NCBI GenBank assembly: GCA_963747235.1
Contig: CAVVEU010000014.1
Coordinates: 96,001-160,000, forward strand
DNA: 64,000 nucleotides
Origin: an uncultured Candidatus Rokubacteria bacterium
Lineage (GTDB): Bacteria > Methylomirabilota > Methylomirabilia > Rokubacteriales > CSP1-6
Direction: 5' to 3'
The translations under genes were made by a program, and so were the position numbers. Under the pieces are notes generated by a model. It did no database searches, was not told where the DNA came from, and saw only the letters and a program-made list of their open reading frames with translations. How positions within the stretch are numbered: the stretch's first letter is position 1; every line of letters begins with the position of its first letter. Below, one piece after another: positions 35,892 to 48,250 of the stretch.

Positions 35892-36983
35892 TTAGTGGAA
35901 CTGCCGCATTCGGATCGAGATCAGGAGACCCAGCGCTGTCAACGAGACCACCATGGACGATCCGCCGTAGCTCATCAGCGGCAGCGGAATCCCCACGATG
36001 GGGAGCAGGCCCGTCACCATCCCGATGTTGATCAGGATCTGGACCGCGAACACGCTCGTCACGCCGAGGGCCAGGATGCGCCCCCGCGTTTCCCGCGTGC
36101 CGGCCGCGATCTCGAACCCCCGCAACACCAGGAGCGCGTAGGCCACGATCAGCACGAGACAACCCAGAAACCCCCACATCTCCGCGAACACGGCAAAAAT
36201 GAAATCAGTGTGCCGCTCGGGGAGAAAGGCCAGGCGGCTCTGCGTCGCGCCGCCGATGCCCTTCCCCAGGAGCTGGCCCGAACCAATGGCGATCTTCGCC
36301 TGAATGACATTGTAGGCCGTTCCGAGCGGATCGCGGAACGGATCGAGATAGACCAGGAGCCGGTCGCGCTGGTAGGGCTTGAGCACGAACCAGGCAAGCG
36401 GCATGAGGGCCACCGACCCCAGCGCGAGCCCCCCCAGCACCTTCATGCGCAGGCCGAGGCCCACCAGGGTGGCTCCCAGCACCGGGACCAGCACCAGCGC
36501 GGTGCCCAGGTCCGGCTGCTTGACGACCAGGAAAAACGGTACGCCGAGCAGCACGAAGGTGCCCACCAGGGCCGCCCGGCTCAATCGCTCCCCGCGGGCC
36601 GAGGTCAGCGCCCAGGCCAGGGTGATGATGAAGATCAGCTTGAAGAGCTCCGAGGGCTGCACCGTCAAGGGCCCCACGTGGATCCAGCGCCGCGCGCCCG
36701 AGACGGTGCGGCCCAGGATGAACACCGAGAGCAGGAGCCCGAGGCCGATCACGTAGAACACGGGGGCAAATCGCACCAGGTTCCGGTAGTCCACGCTGAC
36801 CACCACCAGCAACCCGATCATCCCGACGCCCACCCAGGAGAGCTGGCGCCACATCAGGGCCGAGATTCCGCGCCCCGGGTTGAGGCTCCAGAGACAGGTG
36901 AGGCTGAGCCCGATGATGAACAGCGCGGCGCCCAGCAACAGCCAATCGACGTTCTGGAGCAGCCGCCGGTCCATCTTCAGCAT
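35892..36983 (-). CDS. rodA: Rod shape-determining protein RodA
   Basis: QPSELFK, KQPDLGT, FLPERHTDFIF, SYGGSS. Confidence 0.95.
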   Translation of the reverse strand: MLKMDRRLLQNVDWLLLGAALFIIGLSLTCLWSLNPGRGISALMWRQLSWVGVGMIGLLVVVSVDYRNLVRFAPVFYVIGLGLLLSVFILGRTVSGARRWIHVGPLTVQPSELFKLIFIITLAWALTSARGERLSRAALVGTFVLLGVPFFLVVKQPDLGTALVLVPVLGATLVGLGLRMKVLGGLALGSVALMPLAWFVLKPYQRDRLLVYLDPFRDPLGTAYNVIQAKIAIGSGQLLGKGIGGATQSRLAFLPERHTDFIFAVFAEMWGFLGCLVLIVAYALLVLRGFEIAAGTRETRGRILALGVTSVFAVQILINIGMVTGLLPIVGIPLPLMSYGGSSMVVSLTALGLLISIRMRQFH

Positions 36984-38786
36984 CAGCCGGACTCGCCGAG
37001 CGTCACCTGGGCCACCTTCTGGAGGAAGATGGCTTCGTAGATCTGCCGCGCGATCGGAGCCGCAACCTGGCCTCCCTTGCCGCCCCGCTCCACCAGCACC
37101 ACCACGACGTACTGGGGATCGTCGACCGGGGCGAACGAGGCGAACCACGCGTGGTCCTGCCCCTTGGAGGAGTCGCTCTTCGAGATGGTCTGGGCGGTCC
37201 CGGTCTTCCCCGCGATCTCGAACCCGGGCACGCGGGCCAATGCCCCGGTGCCGTCCTTGACCACCGCGGCGAGCGCGTGGCGCAGGAAGCCCCAGACGAC
37301 CGGGGAGAGGTCCACCCGCTCCGTCATCTGGCTCGACGAGCCGTAGGCGAGGGTCCCGTCCGCGCGCTCGACGCGCTGGACCAGCCGCGGCTTCCACATC
37401 ACGCCGCCGTTGGCCACCGCGGCCATCATCCGCGCGATCTGGAGCGGCGTCACCAGGAGCTGCCCCTGGCCGATCGACATGTTCACGGTGTCGCCCGGCA
37501 GCCAGGCCCTCTTGGTGCGCAGGCGCTGGGCGGGCGTGAACGGCACCAGCCCGAAGCGCTCGCCGCCCAGGTCGATGCCGGTGGGCGACCCCAGGCCGAA
37601 GGCCTGCGCGTACTTCGCCATCATGTCGCCGCCCACCTTGAGCCCGGCCTGGTAGAAGAAGATGTCGCACGACTGCGCGATGGACTGGTGCAGGTTCACG
37701 TGGCCGTGCCCGCCCGGCTTCCAGTCCTTGAAGGTCCAGTTGCCCAGGGTGAACTCGCCGTTGCAGTAGATGTTGTCCATCGGGGTCAGCGAGCCTTCCT
37801 GGAGCCCGGCGGCCGCGACGATGATCTTGAAGACCGACGCGGGCGGGTACATGCCCTGCAGCGCGCGGTTCATGAGCGGAGACATGGGATCGCGCACGAG
37901 GCGCACCCACTCGTCCCGGTCCAGGTTTCCGGTGAGCCGATCGAGCGGGAAGGCGGGGCTCGAGGTGAGCGCCAGCACGTCGCCGTTGCGCGGATCCATC
38001 ACCACCACCGAGCCGGCCTTGCCGACCATCGCGCGCTCCGCCGCTTCCTGGATGCGGCGGTCGATCGTGGTGATGACCTGGGCGCCCGGATCGGGCTCCT
38101 CGCGCCGCATGATCTGCACCGGCCGGCCGAGCGCGTCCACCTCGATGCGCTCGCCGCCGTCGCGCCCGCGCAGGTGCTCGTCGAGGAGCCGCTCGAGGCC
38201 GGACTGCCCGATCATGTCGCCGCGGCGGTAGCGGCCGCCGCTTCATCTGCTCGTCGCTGACTTCCCGGACGTAGCCCAGGAGGTGGGCCGCGAACGTGCT
38301 GGTGGGATAGGTGCGCTGGGGCTCGACCTCGACGATGACGCCCGGGAGCTCGAGCTTGCGCTCCTCCACCATCGTGACGTCCTCCAGCGACAGGCCGCGC
38401 CGCACCCGCACCGGGCGGATCGAATCCGCGGGCACCTTCTCCAGCGCCTCCATCAGCTCGCCCACCGGCATCTTGAGCAGGACGGCCAGCCGCGCCAGCA
38501 CCTGGTTCCGGTCCTCCATCTCGCGCGGGATCAGCGAGAGGGTGAAGGCCGGGCGGTTGTCCACCAGCGCGAGCCCGTTCCGGTCGAAGAGGATGCCCCG
38601 GGGCGCCGCGACCGGACGGATGCGGATCCGGTTCCTCTCCGACAGCTCCTGCATGCGGCCGCCTTCCAGCACCTGGAGGTACCAGAGCTGGCCGACCAGC
38701 GCGACGAAGCCGATGGAGCTGACCACCGCGAGCGCGAGGACGCGCCGGCCCCAGGCCTCCCGACGATTGGAGAGCGCCGCGCTCAC
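36983..38786 (-). CDS. mrdA: Penicillin-binding protein 2 (frameshift near 38240)
   Basis: APRGILFDRNG in one frame; SVFK, SCD and KTG motifs in the other. Confidence 0.92.
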
Positions 38787-39283
38787 GACTGCCACGAGCG
38801 CCTCCGCATCAGCTCGTAGCCGGCCTCGGCCAGGATGCACAGGGTGCCGATCAAGCCGTTGTAGAGCGCCTGCGGCAGGATCACGTGGAGCATCAGCTCA
38901 CCGAAGGCCGCCGGGTAGTGGAACATCTGCAGGAGGAGGAATCGCGCGAGCCCCTCGGTCACGCTCAGCAGCACGAGGCCGGGCACCTGCACGAGCGGAT
39001 TCGTGACCCAGAAACGGCCCACCAGCAGGCCCATGCCGAAGCCGGCCAGTCCCTTGGTGAGCGCCTGCACGCCCACGAGCCCGCCCCCGGTGGCGTCCTG
39101 GAGCAGCCCCGCCACGAAGCCGGCGAGACAGCCGGACTCCGGCCCATTGCGGAGCGCGATCAGCACGGTGAGGATGAGCGGCACGTCGGGCGTGACCCCG
39201 CCCACGCCCCGCGCCGCGACCACGGTGGACTGCAGGACGCCGCCGCCCACGGTGACGAGGAGCAGGAGCAGACGCAGGCCCAT
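38783..39283 (-). CDS. mreD: Rod shape-determining protein MreD
   Basis: TPDVPLIL, GFVAGLLQD; position in the mre operon. Confidence 0.88.
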   Translation of the reverse strand: MGLRLLLLLVTVGGGVLQSTVVAARGVGGVTPDVPLILTVLIALRNGPESGCLAGFVAGLLQDATGGGLVGVQALTKGLAGFGMGLLVGRFWVTNPLVQVPGLVLLSVTEGLARFLLLQMFHYPAAFGELMLHVILPQALYNGLIGTLCILAEAGYELMRRRSWQS

Positions 39284-39285
39284 GG

Positions 39286-40126
39286 CTAGCCATCCGACGG
39301 GAACAGCGCCGCCACGTCCTGGGTCGTTTGCCCGGTGAGGAGCAGCACCTCCTCGACGCGGGAGACGTCCACGGCGGGCGTGAGGACCGCGAAGTGGAAC
39401 AGGGCCGAGCCCTTGTCCTCGATCTTGACGACGCGGCCGACCGGCAGACCCTTGGGGAAGAGCGTGCCCAGGCCCGAGGTGACCACGAGGTCGCCCGGCG
39501 CGACGCTCGCCGCCGTCGCGCGCCATGAACTTGAAGCGCACCGCGCCGCCCGCGTCCCCTTCGACGAGCCCGGCGGTGCGGGTGCGCTGCACCACCGCGC
39601 CCACCGTGGAGGCCGGATCGTTCAGGAGCTGGATGACCGCGGCGCTCCGGTGCACCTGGACGACGCGCCCCACCAGCCCGTCCGGCACGATGACCGGCGT
39701 CTGCTGGGCGATGCCGTCGCCGCGCCCGCGATTGACGGTCAGGGAGCGCACCCAGCCCCCCGCCTCGCGCCCGATGACCTCGCCCGCCACGGTGGCCAGG
39801 GGCAGCCGGTCCCGCAGCACGAGGAGCCGGCGGAGCCGCGTGTTCTCCTCGCGCGTCTCGCCGGCCTGGAGCGCCTGGACGCGGAGCTGCTCGTTCTCGC
39901 CGCGGAGCGTGACCACCTCCCGGCGCACCACCTTCCAGTCGACGTAGTTGGCCCAGAAGCCGAGGGCGCCGCGATGGACGCGCACCAGCAGGCTCTGGAC
40001 CGGGGTGAGCACGACGGCCAGCAGCTCGCCCGCCCGCCCGGTGCCGCCCCCGCGTGTCTGCACCGTCAGGAGCAGGAACGACACGAGTAGCACCGCGAGA
40101 AGGATCCCGTATCTGCGAACTCTCAC
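39286..40126 (-). CDS. mreC: Rod shape-determining protein MreC (frameshift near 39510)
   Basis: ENTRLRRLL, GLVGRV; VTSGLGTLFPKGLPVG in the second frame. Confidence 0.9.
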
Positions 40127-40186
40127 CGCTCCGTCACCCCGCGGTCGCGATCGTCCTGGCCAAGGCCGCGCGCCGAGGCCGTGCGC

Positions 40187-41227
<1,041 letters not shown>

Positions 41228-41405
41228 TTATCAAATAGGTCGTTTGAGACGGGGTCGAGCTCACGGCTGAGTCTAGCACCCTGATTTTTTCGCAACAAGG
41301 AAATCGTAGGCTTTTCGGCAAGATGGACAGCACGCGCGACCGCCGCTCGGGATCTCCAGGCGGTCCCGCGGAGGCGGTCGGTAAAACGGGCGGGATTTCG
41401 GTCAG

Positions 41406-41966
41406 TTAGGGTGACTCGACCCTCGGCCGGGCCAGGGTCGGCGCGATGCGGTCCCGGTAGAGCTGGACCGCGTCGCGGATCACCTGCTCGGCCGCGGCCC
41501 GCCCGCGGATGCGGTCGACGTCGACCGCCTTGTTCTCGAGGACCTTGTAGTCCAGGAAGAACCGCTGCATCTCCTTGAGGCGGTGCGGGGGCAGCTCCGC
41601 GACGTCCCGGTAGTGGGCGTACTCCGGGTCGTCCACGTGGACCGCGATGATCTTGTCGTCCTGCCCCTTGTCATCGCTCATGGTGAGGACGCCGATGGCC
41701 CGGGCCCGCAGAATGCACAACGGCACCACCGGCTCCTGGCCGAGCACGAGCACGTCGAGCGGGTCGCCGTCGTCACAGTAGGTCCGGGGCAGGAAGCCGT
41801 AGTTGGCCGGGTAGTGGACGGCCGAGTGGAGCACGCGGTCGAGCCAGAGCAGGCCCGTCTGCTTGTCGAGCTCGTACTTCACCTTGGAGCCCTTCGGGAT
41901 CTCGATCACGCAGCGAAAGTCGCGCGTGATGTCCGGCCCGAGATCCACGTCGTGCCACGCGTTCAC
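41406..41966 (-). CDS. ppa: Inorganic pyrophosphatase
   Basis: EIPKGS..KYE, YPANYGF, DDGDPLD, QDDKI. Confidence 0.95.
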   Translation of the reverse strand: MNAWHDVDLGPDITRDFRCVIEIPKGSKVKYELDKQTGLLWLDRVLHSAVHYPANYGFLPRTYCDDGDPLDVLVLGQEPVVPLCILRARAIGVLTMSDDKGQDDKIIAVHVDDPEYAHYRDVAELPPHRLKEMQRFFLDYKVLENKAVDVDRIRGRAAAEQVIRDAVQLYRDRIAPTLARPRVESP

Positions 41967-42015
41967 GACCCGAGTATAGCGCCCCGGTTGGATCTGCCGG
42001 CTTCGCTGTGGCACC

Positions 42016-43080
42016 ATGCCGGCGCCGGCGAAAGGACACGATCGTGGACGATCTCGAGGTCTGGTTCGACAAGGGCGTGACGGACGGCCTGCCCGTGATC
42101 CCGCCGTCGCGGGAGCGCGTAGAGCGGATGCTGCGCGGCACCACGCGCGATCGCGCAGGAGCTGGTGGGCGAGGTCGCGCCCAACTACGGCCGCGCGACG
42201 GTCGAGAAGGTCGCGGTCAACGCGGTGATGGCCGGCTGCCGGCCGGAGTACCTGCCGGTGGTGCTCGCGGCGGTGCAGGCGGTCACCGATCCCGCCTTCA
42301 ACCTGCACGGCGTCTCGACGTCCACCCACTTCTCCGCTCCGCTGCATCGTGGTGCACGGCCCGATCCGGGAGCGGATCGCGCTCAATTGCTCGTTCGGCG
42401 TGTTCGGTCCCGGGCACCGGGCCAACGCCACCATCGGCCGCGCCCTCCGCCTCGTGATGATCAACCTGGGCGGCGCGAAACCGGGCGAGACGTCCATGTC
42501 CACCTTCGGCCATCCCGGCCGCTACACCTACTGCATCGGCGAGCACGAGGAGGCGAGCCCGTGGCCGCCCTATCACGCGGACCGCGGGCTCGCGGCCGGA
42601 GCGACAGCGCGGTGACCGCGTTCGCGGGCGAGGCGCCCCACGGCATCTCCGATCACGCCAGCCGCACCGCCCGCGCGCTGGCCGGCTCGCTCGGCTGGTC
42701 CATGGCCTCCCTGTGGAACGCCAAGCACTTCCCGCTCTACTCGCACACCATGCTGGTGGTCGGGCCGGAGCACGCGCGCACCTTCGGCGACGAGGGCTGG
42801 AGCAAGCGCGATCTCATGCGTCATCTCTTCGAGACGATCCGCGCCCCGTACGCGAGCCTCCAGCCTGCCGAGGACAACGGGGAGGGCACCAACCTGCGCT
42901 TCGCGAAGGGAGCCGCGCCCGCGCCCGGACCAGATGATCCCCAAGTTCCCCTCGCCCGAGGAGCTGCACGTGGTGGTGGCCGGCGGCACCGCCGGGCGCT
43001 TCTCGATGGCCATCCCCGGCTGGCTGGGGACCCGCAACGGCTCGCGGCCGATCACCGTTCCCATCCGGGATATCGCTTGA
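42016..43080 (+). CDS. Conserved hypothetical protein of the TDGLP family (several frameshifts)
   Basis: [39 protein letters not shown] reconstructed across frames. Confidence 0.7.
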
Positions 43081-43105
43081 CAGGCCCAGGACGCTCGGCT
43101 AGGCT
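43077..43105 (+). promoter_or_regulatory. Promoter of csp1
   Basis: TTGACA-17-TAGGCT. Confidence 0.7.
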
Positions 43106-43278
43106 GCGGGGCAGGTTACGGGTCACTCGGTAGTCGGATTCAGAAGCTCGATACCAACGCCGCGAGGACCTCAAGTCCGCGTGGCGTTTTTGTTTGCCCT
43201 CCGCTTCAGGAGGGCACCCCCGTCATGGTGACGGGGAATCACCGAGGCGTTCAACGTCTCACGGAAAGAGGACAGTAG

Positions 43279-43479
43279 ATGGCTCAGGGCAACGTGAAGT
43301 GGTTCAACGACGCGAAGGGGTACGGGTTCATTTCCCAGGAGGATGGCGAGGACGTGTTCGTGCATTTCAGCGCCATTCAGGCCCAGGGCTTCAAGAGCCT
43401 GGCCGAGGGCGATCGAGTCGAGTTCGAGGTCACCCGGGGGCCGAAGGGTCTCCAGGCCGCGAACGTCCGCAAGGTCTAA
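43279..43479 (+). CDS. Cold-shock protein
   Basis: [22 protein letters not shown]. Confidence 0.97.
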   Translation: MAQGNVKWFNDAKGYGFISQEDGEDVFVHFSAIQAQGFKSLAEGDRVEFEVTRGPKGLQAANVRKV

Positions 43480-43540
43480 GCGTCGCATCCCCGGGCCCCG
43501 GACCTCTCCGGGGCCCGGCTTCCCCCCTGCAGAAACAGTC

Positions 43541-43570
43541 TTGACAGTGGTTCCGCCCCTTTGCTAACCT
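43541..43570 (+). promoter_or_regulatory. Promoter of csp2
   Basis: TTGACA-18-TAACCT with a TGn extension. Confidence 0.65.
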
Positions 43571-43769
43571 GCGCGCGATTTCAGGACCCTGAAGTGTTGT
43601 TCTCTCGTACGTGAACGAAACTCGGTTCCAGGGAACGGTGGCGCCATGAGGACCTCGGTCCTCAGTGGCGCTTTTTTTGTTCCCCCCGCTTCCGGGGGGA
43701 AACCCCAGCCATGGTGGCGCGGGGCCTAGCGGGCGGTCCATCCCCGCCCAAGAGAGAGGGAACAGACGT

Positions 43770-43973
43770 ATGGCACAGGGCACGGTCAAGTGGTTCAACG
43801 ACGCAAAGGGGTACGGGTTCATCCAGGTCGAGGGCGGAGAGGATGTCTTCGTCCACTACAGCGCCATCCAGGCCCAGGGCTTCAAGAGCTTGGCCGAGGG
43901 CGACAAGGTCGAGTTCGAAGTGACGAAGGGGCCCAAGGGGCTACAAGCTTCCAACGTTCGGAAGTCGGCGTAA
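43770..43973 (+). CDS. Cold-shock protein
   Basis: [22 protein letters not shown]. Confidence 0.97.
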   Translation: MAQGTVKWFNDAKGYGFIQVEGGEDVFVHYSAIQAQGFKSLAEGDKVEFEVTKGPKGLQASNVRKSA

Positions 43974-43991
43974 GCGTCGCCGACCACTTGA

Positions 43992-44030
43992 CGGCCCGCC
44001 GGGGAGATCCGGCGGGCCGTTTCTTTCTCT
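43992..44030 (+). terminator. Intrinsic terminator after csp2
   Basis: GGCCCGCCGG...CCGGCGGGCC followed by TTTCTTT. Confidence 0.75.
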
Positions 44031-44054
44031 CGCCCCGTCCCGACAGATCCCGAC

Positions 44055-44260
44055 AGAAAAAAGAACCCCGACGGATGCTGCGGCGGCAGTCTTGCGCTTC
44101 CGCTGCCGTGCCGCCCCGCTGGTGAAGAGCGGGTCCGTCGGGGCCGGTGGTTCCTGGGTCCTCCAGGGCCACCTGCAACTGCTACTTCGGGGCCTTAGGA
44201 GGCGACCACCTCACAGATCACCGTAGGGGTACACATCGGCTGGATCACCTCCCTTTCTCG
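44055..44260 (-). ncRNA. Putative structured RNA / micro-mRNA antisense to the 16S rRNA 3' end
   Basis: Plus strand ACCGTAGGGGTACACATCGGCTGGATCACCTCCCTTTCT resembles 16S helix 45 plus anti-SD; multi-hairpin 3' domain closed by CCCCGACGGA/TCCGTCGGGG and a U-tract. Confidence 0.6.
44195..44236 (-). CDS. 13-aa micro-ORF MCTPTVICEVVAS behind an extremely long SD
   Basis: AGAAAGGGAGGTGATCCAGCCG directly precedes the ATG; TAA at 44195-44197. Confidence 0.5.
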   Translation of the reverse strand: MCTPTVICEVVAS

Positions 44261-44441
44261 GCGCGGCCCATCCTGGGCCCAGGACCCGCTCACCTCGCTC
44301 CGGACGCCGACTCCCGGCGGGAGGCTCGGTCACGTTGCTTCCGGCGAAATTGCCGGAAAGGAACGCTCAAAGGAGCCTGTGTTCGCTCCGACCGATTTCG
44401 GGGTCATCGTACATGAGGCCGACGCGGCGGGAAAGCATTTT

Positions 44442-44738
44442 TCACTTCACGACGATCCGCCCCGCGTTCTTCTCGATCACGCCCTTGCCGACGCCGTCGA
44501 CCTTCTCCAGATCCTGCGCCTTCTTGAACGGCCCATGGGCATCCCGGTACTCGATGATCTTCTGCGCGCCGCCCGGGCCGACGCCCGCGAGCTTCATGAG
44601 GTCCGCCTTCGACGCCTCGTTGATGTTGACCTTGCCCTCCGCCTTGGCCTTGGCGGGCTTGTCGTCCGCCATCACCGCGCCCCCGCCGAGACACCACATC
44701 GCCAGCACCACCGCCCCCAGCCATCGCGTCGTCTTCAT
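44442..44738 (-). CDS. ComEA-like helix-hairpin-helix DNA-binding protein
   Basis: Signal peptide; VNINEAS..L..L.GVG..A.KIIEYR..GPF. Confidence 0.9.
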   Translation of the reverse strand: MKTTRWLGAVVLAMWCLGGGAVMADDKPAKAKAEGKVNINEASKADLMKLAGVGPGGAQKIIEYRDAHGPFKKAQDLEKVDGVGKGVIEKNAGRIVVK

Positions 44739-44840
44739 TACCCACTCTCCTCCTGGAATTGAGATGAGCTGCTGACGCGATTCCACGCCGCGGGACGCGG
44801 GCGGTCAATGCGGACAATTTCAGACGGGCGGGTGTATCTA

Positions 44841-45145
44841 CTATTCGGCGGAGGGGTCGAGCGTATCGAGGTAGGCCTGCCACTCCCAGACGAGCAGCGA
44901 TTGCTTCCTGGTGTTGCAGTCCTTGCACGCGGGCACCATGTTGGCGCGGATCGAGCGGCCGCCCCGCACGAGCGGCACCACGTGGTCGAGGGTCAGGGCC
45001 TTCGCGCCGACCGCGCGCCGGCAGTAGTGGCAGAGGCCCGGCGCGACGCGCCGCCGCCACCACGACGTCTGGCGGAGCTCGCGCGCCCGCGCCTTCTCGC
45101 GGCGCAGCGTGTCGTCGTCGACCTCGCGCGTGTAGCGATCCTCGC

Positions 45146-45149
<4 letters not shown>
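44841..45149 (-). CDS. Small HNH endonuclease
   Basis: CHYC...LTLDHVVPLVRGG...NMVPACKDCN. Confidence 0.88.
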
Positions 45150-47247
<2,098 letters not shown>

Positions 47248-47284
47248 CGTCGTTCGCTCCGCAAGATCCCCTATCCCCCCGCCG

Positions 47285-47680
47285 CTATCCCATGACCTGG
47301 ACGCGCTCGGGCGCGATCTTGTAGATGACGCGCACCTCGCCCGGCTTGCGGTAGGGATACTTGTCCTGCCCGAGGTACTTCTTGGCGAGCGAGTCGATGT
47401 GGGCGTCGGCCCCCGACTCGGTGACGTCGGTGACGCGGCCGCGCACCTGCAGGTACCGGTACGGGTTGTCCGGATCCAGGATCGAGAGCGCCACCACCGG
47501 ATTGCGCCGCAGGTTCTTGTCCTTCAGCCGGCCCTTGGCGGTATTGAAGCGGACGTGGGTGCCGTCGAAATCCACCCACACCGGCGTCACCTGCGGCGTG
47601 CCGTCGCTGTTCACGGTGGCCAGGTTGGCGAACGCCTTCTTCTGCAGGATGTCCTTGTAGCCGTCGGGAATGCTTGCCAT
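47285..47680 (-). CDS. PPOX class F420-dependent oxidoreductase-like protein
   Basis: LATVNSDGTPQVTPVW, KDKNLRRNP.VAL. Confidence 0.88.
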   Translation of the reverse strand: MASIPDGYKDILQKKAFANLATVNSDGTPQVTPVWVDFDGTHVRFNTAKGRLKDKNLRRNPVVALSILDPDNPYRYLQVRGRVTDVTESGADAHIDSLAKKYLGQDKYPYRKPGEVRVIYKIAPERVQVMG

Positions 47681-47704
47681 GGCTCTTCTCCTTTTCGGTC
47701 GATC

Positions 47705-48250
47705 TCAGCTTCGGTCGATCTCGGGCGGTCCAACCGGCCCGCCGTCGGTGAGGGCCCGCGCGCGCTCCTCCGCGAGCCCACGGACCGCGAGCAGCAGGCG
47801 CACGAGGCATTGCTGCACGAGCTGCGAATCCTGGGCGGTCGGATCCGCCATCCAGTCCTGCGCCCACTCGCGCTTCTCGGCCTGGAACCCGAGCGTGGGC
47901 GACAGGGCCTTCAGGCGAAGCAGCATGTCGTCGGCCGGCAGGCCCGAGGCCCGCAGCCGCGCCACCACCGCTCCCCGCACCGCCGCGTTCCAGATCCCGG
48001 TCAGCGCCTCCAGCAGCGCCGCGTAGCAGGTGCCGGCCGGTCGCTCCTTGAGATGCTCGATGACCATCCCGAGTAGCGGGTGGGCGGCCGGTTCCCCCTG
48101 CTCGTCCACCCCGAGCAGCCCGGCCAGCAGGGGCTCCTTCGAGAGATCGGGAATCCCCTCCAGCAGGCGGATCAGCTCCGAGACCGGGACGGCCGGCAGG
48201 CCGGCGAGCCGATCGAGCAGGGGAATGTCCGCACCGCCCGGGCCGCTCAC
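47705..48250 (-). CDS. Hypothetical protein
   Basis: Overlaps the MFS stop; co-oriented; helical composition. Confidence 0.6.
   Translation of the reverse strand: MSGPGGADIPLLDRLAGLPAVPVSELIRLLEGIPDLSKEPLLAGLLGVDEQGEPAAHPLLGMVIEHLKERPAGTCYAALLEALTGIWNAAVRGAVVARLRASGLPADDMLLRLKALSPTLGFQAEKREWAQDWMADPTAQDSQLVQQCLVRLLLAVRGLAEERARALTDGGPVGPPEIDRS

Noticed and set aside
44213-44258. 16S rRNA gene
   Set aside because: Only ~45 nt resemble the 16S 3' end. The flanks are not rRNA or ITS and the helix 45 stem is disrupted, so it is reported as a candidate antisense element instead.
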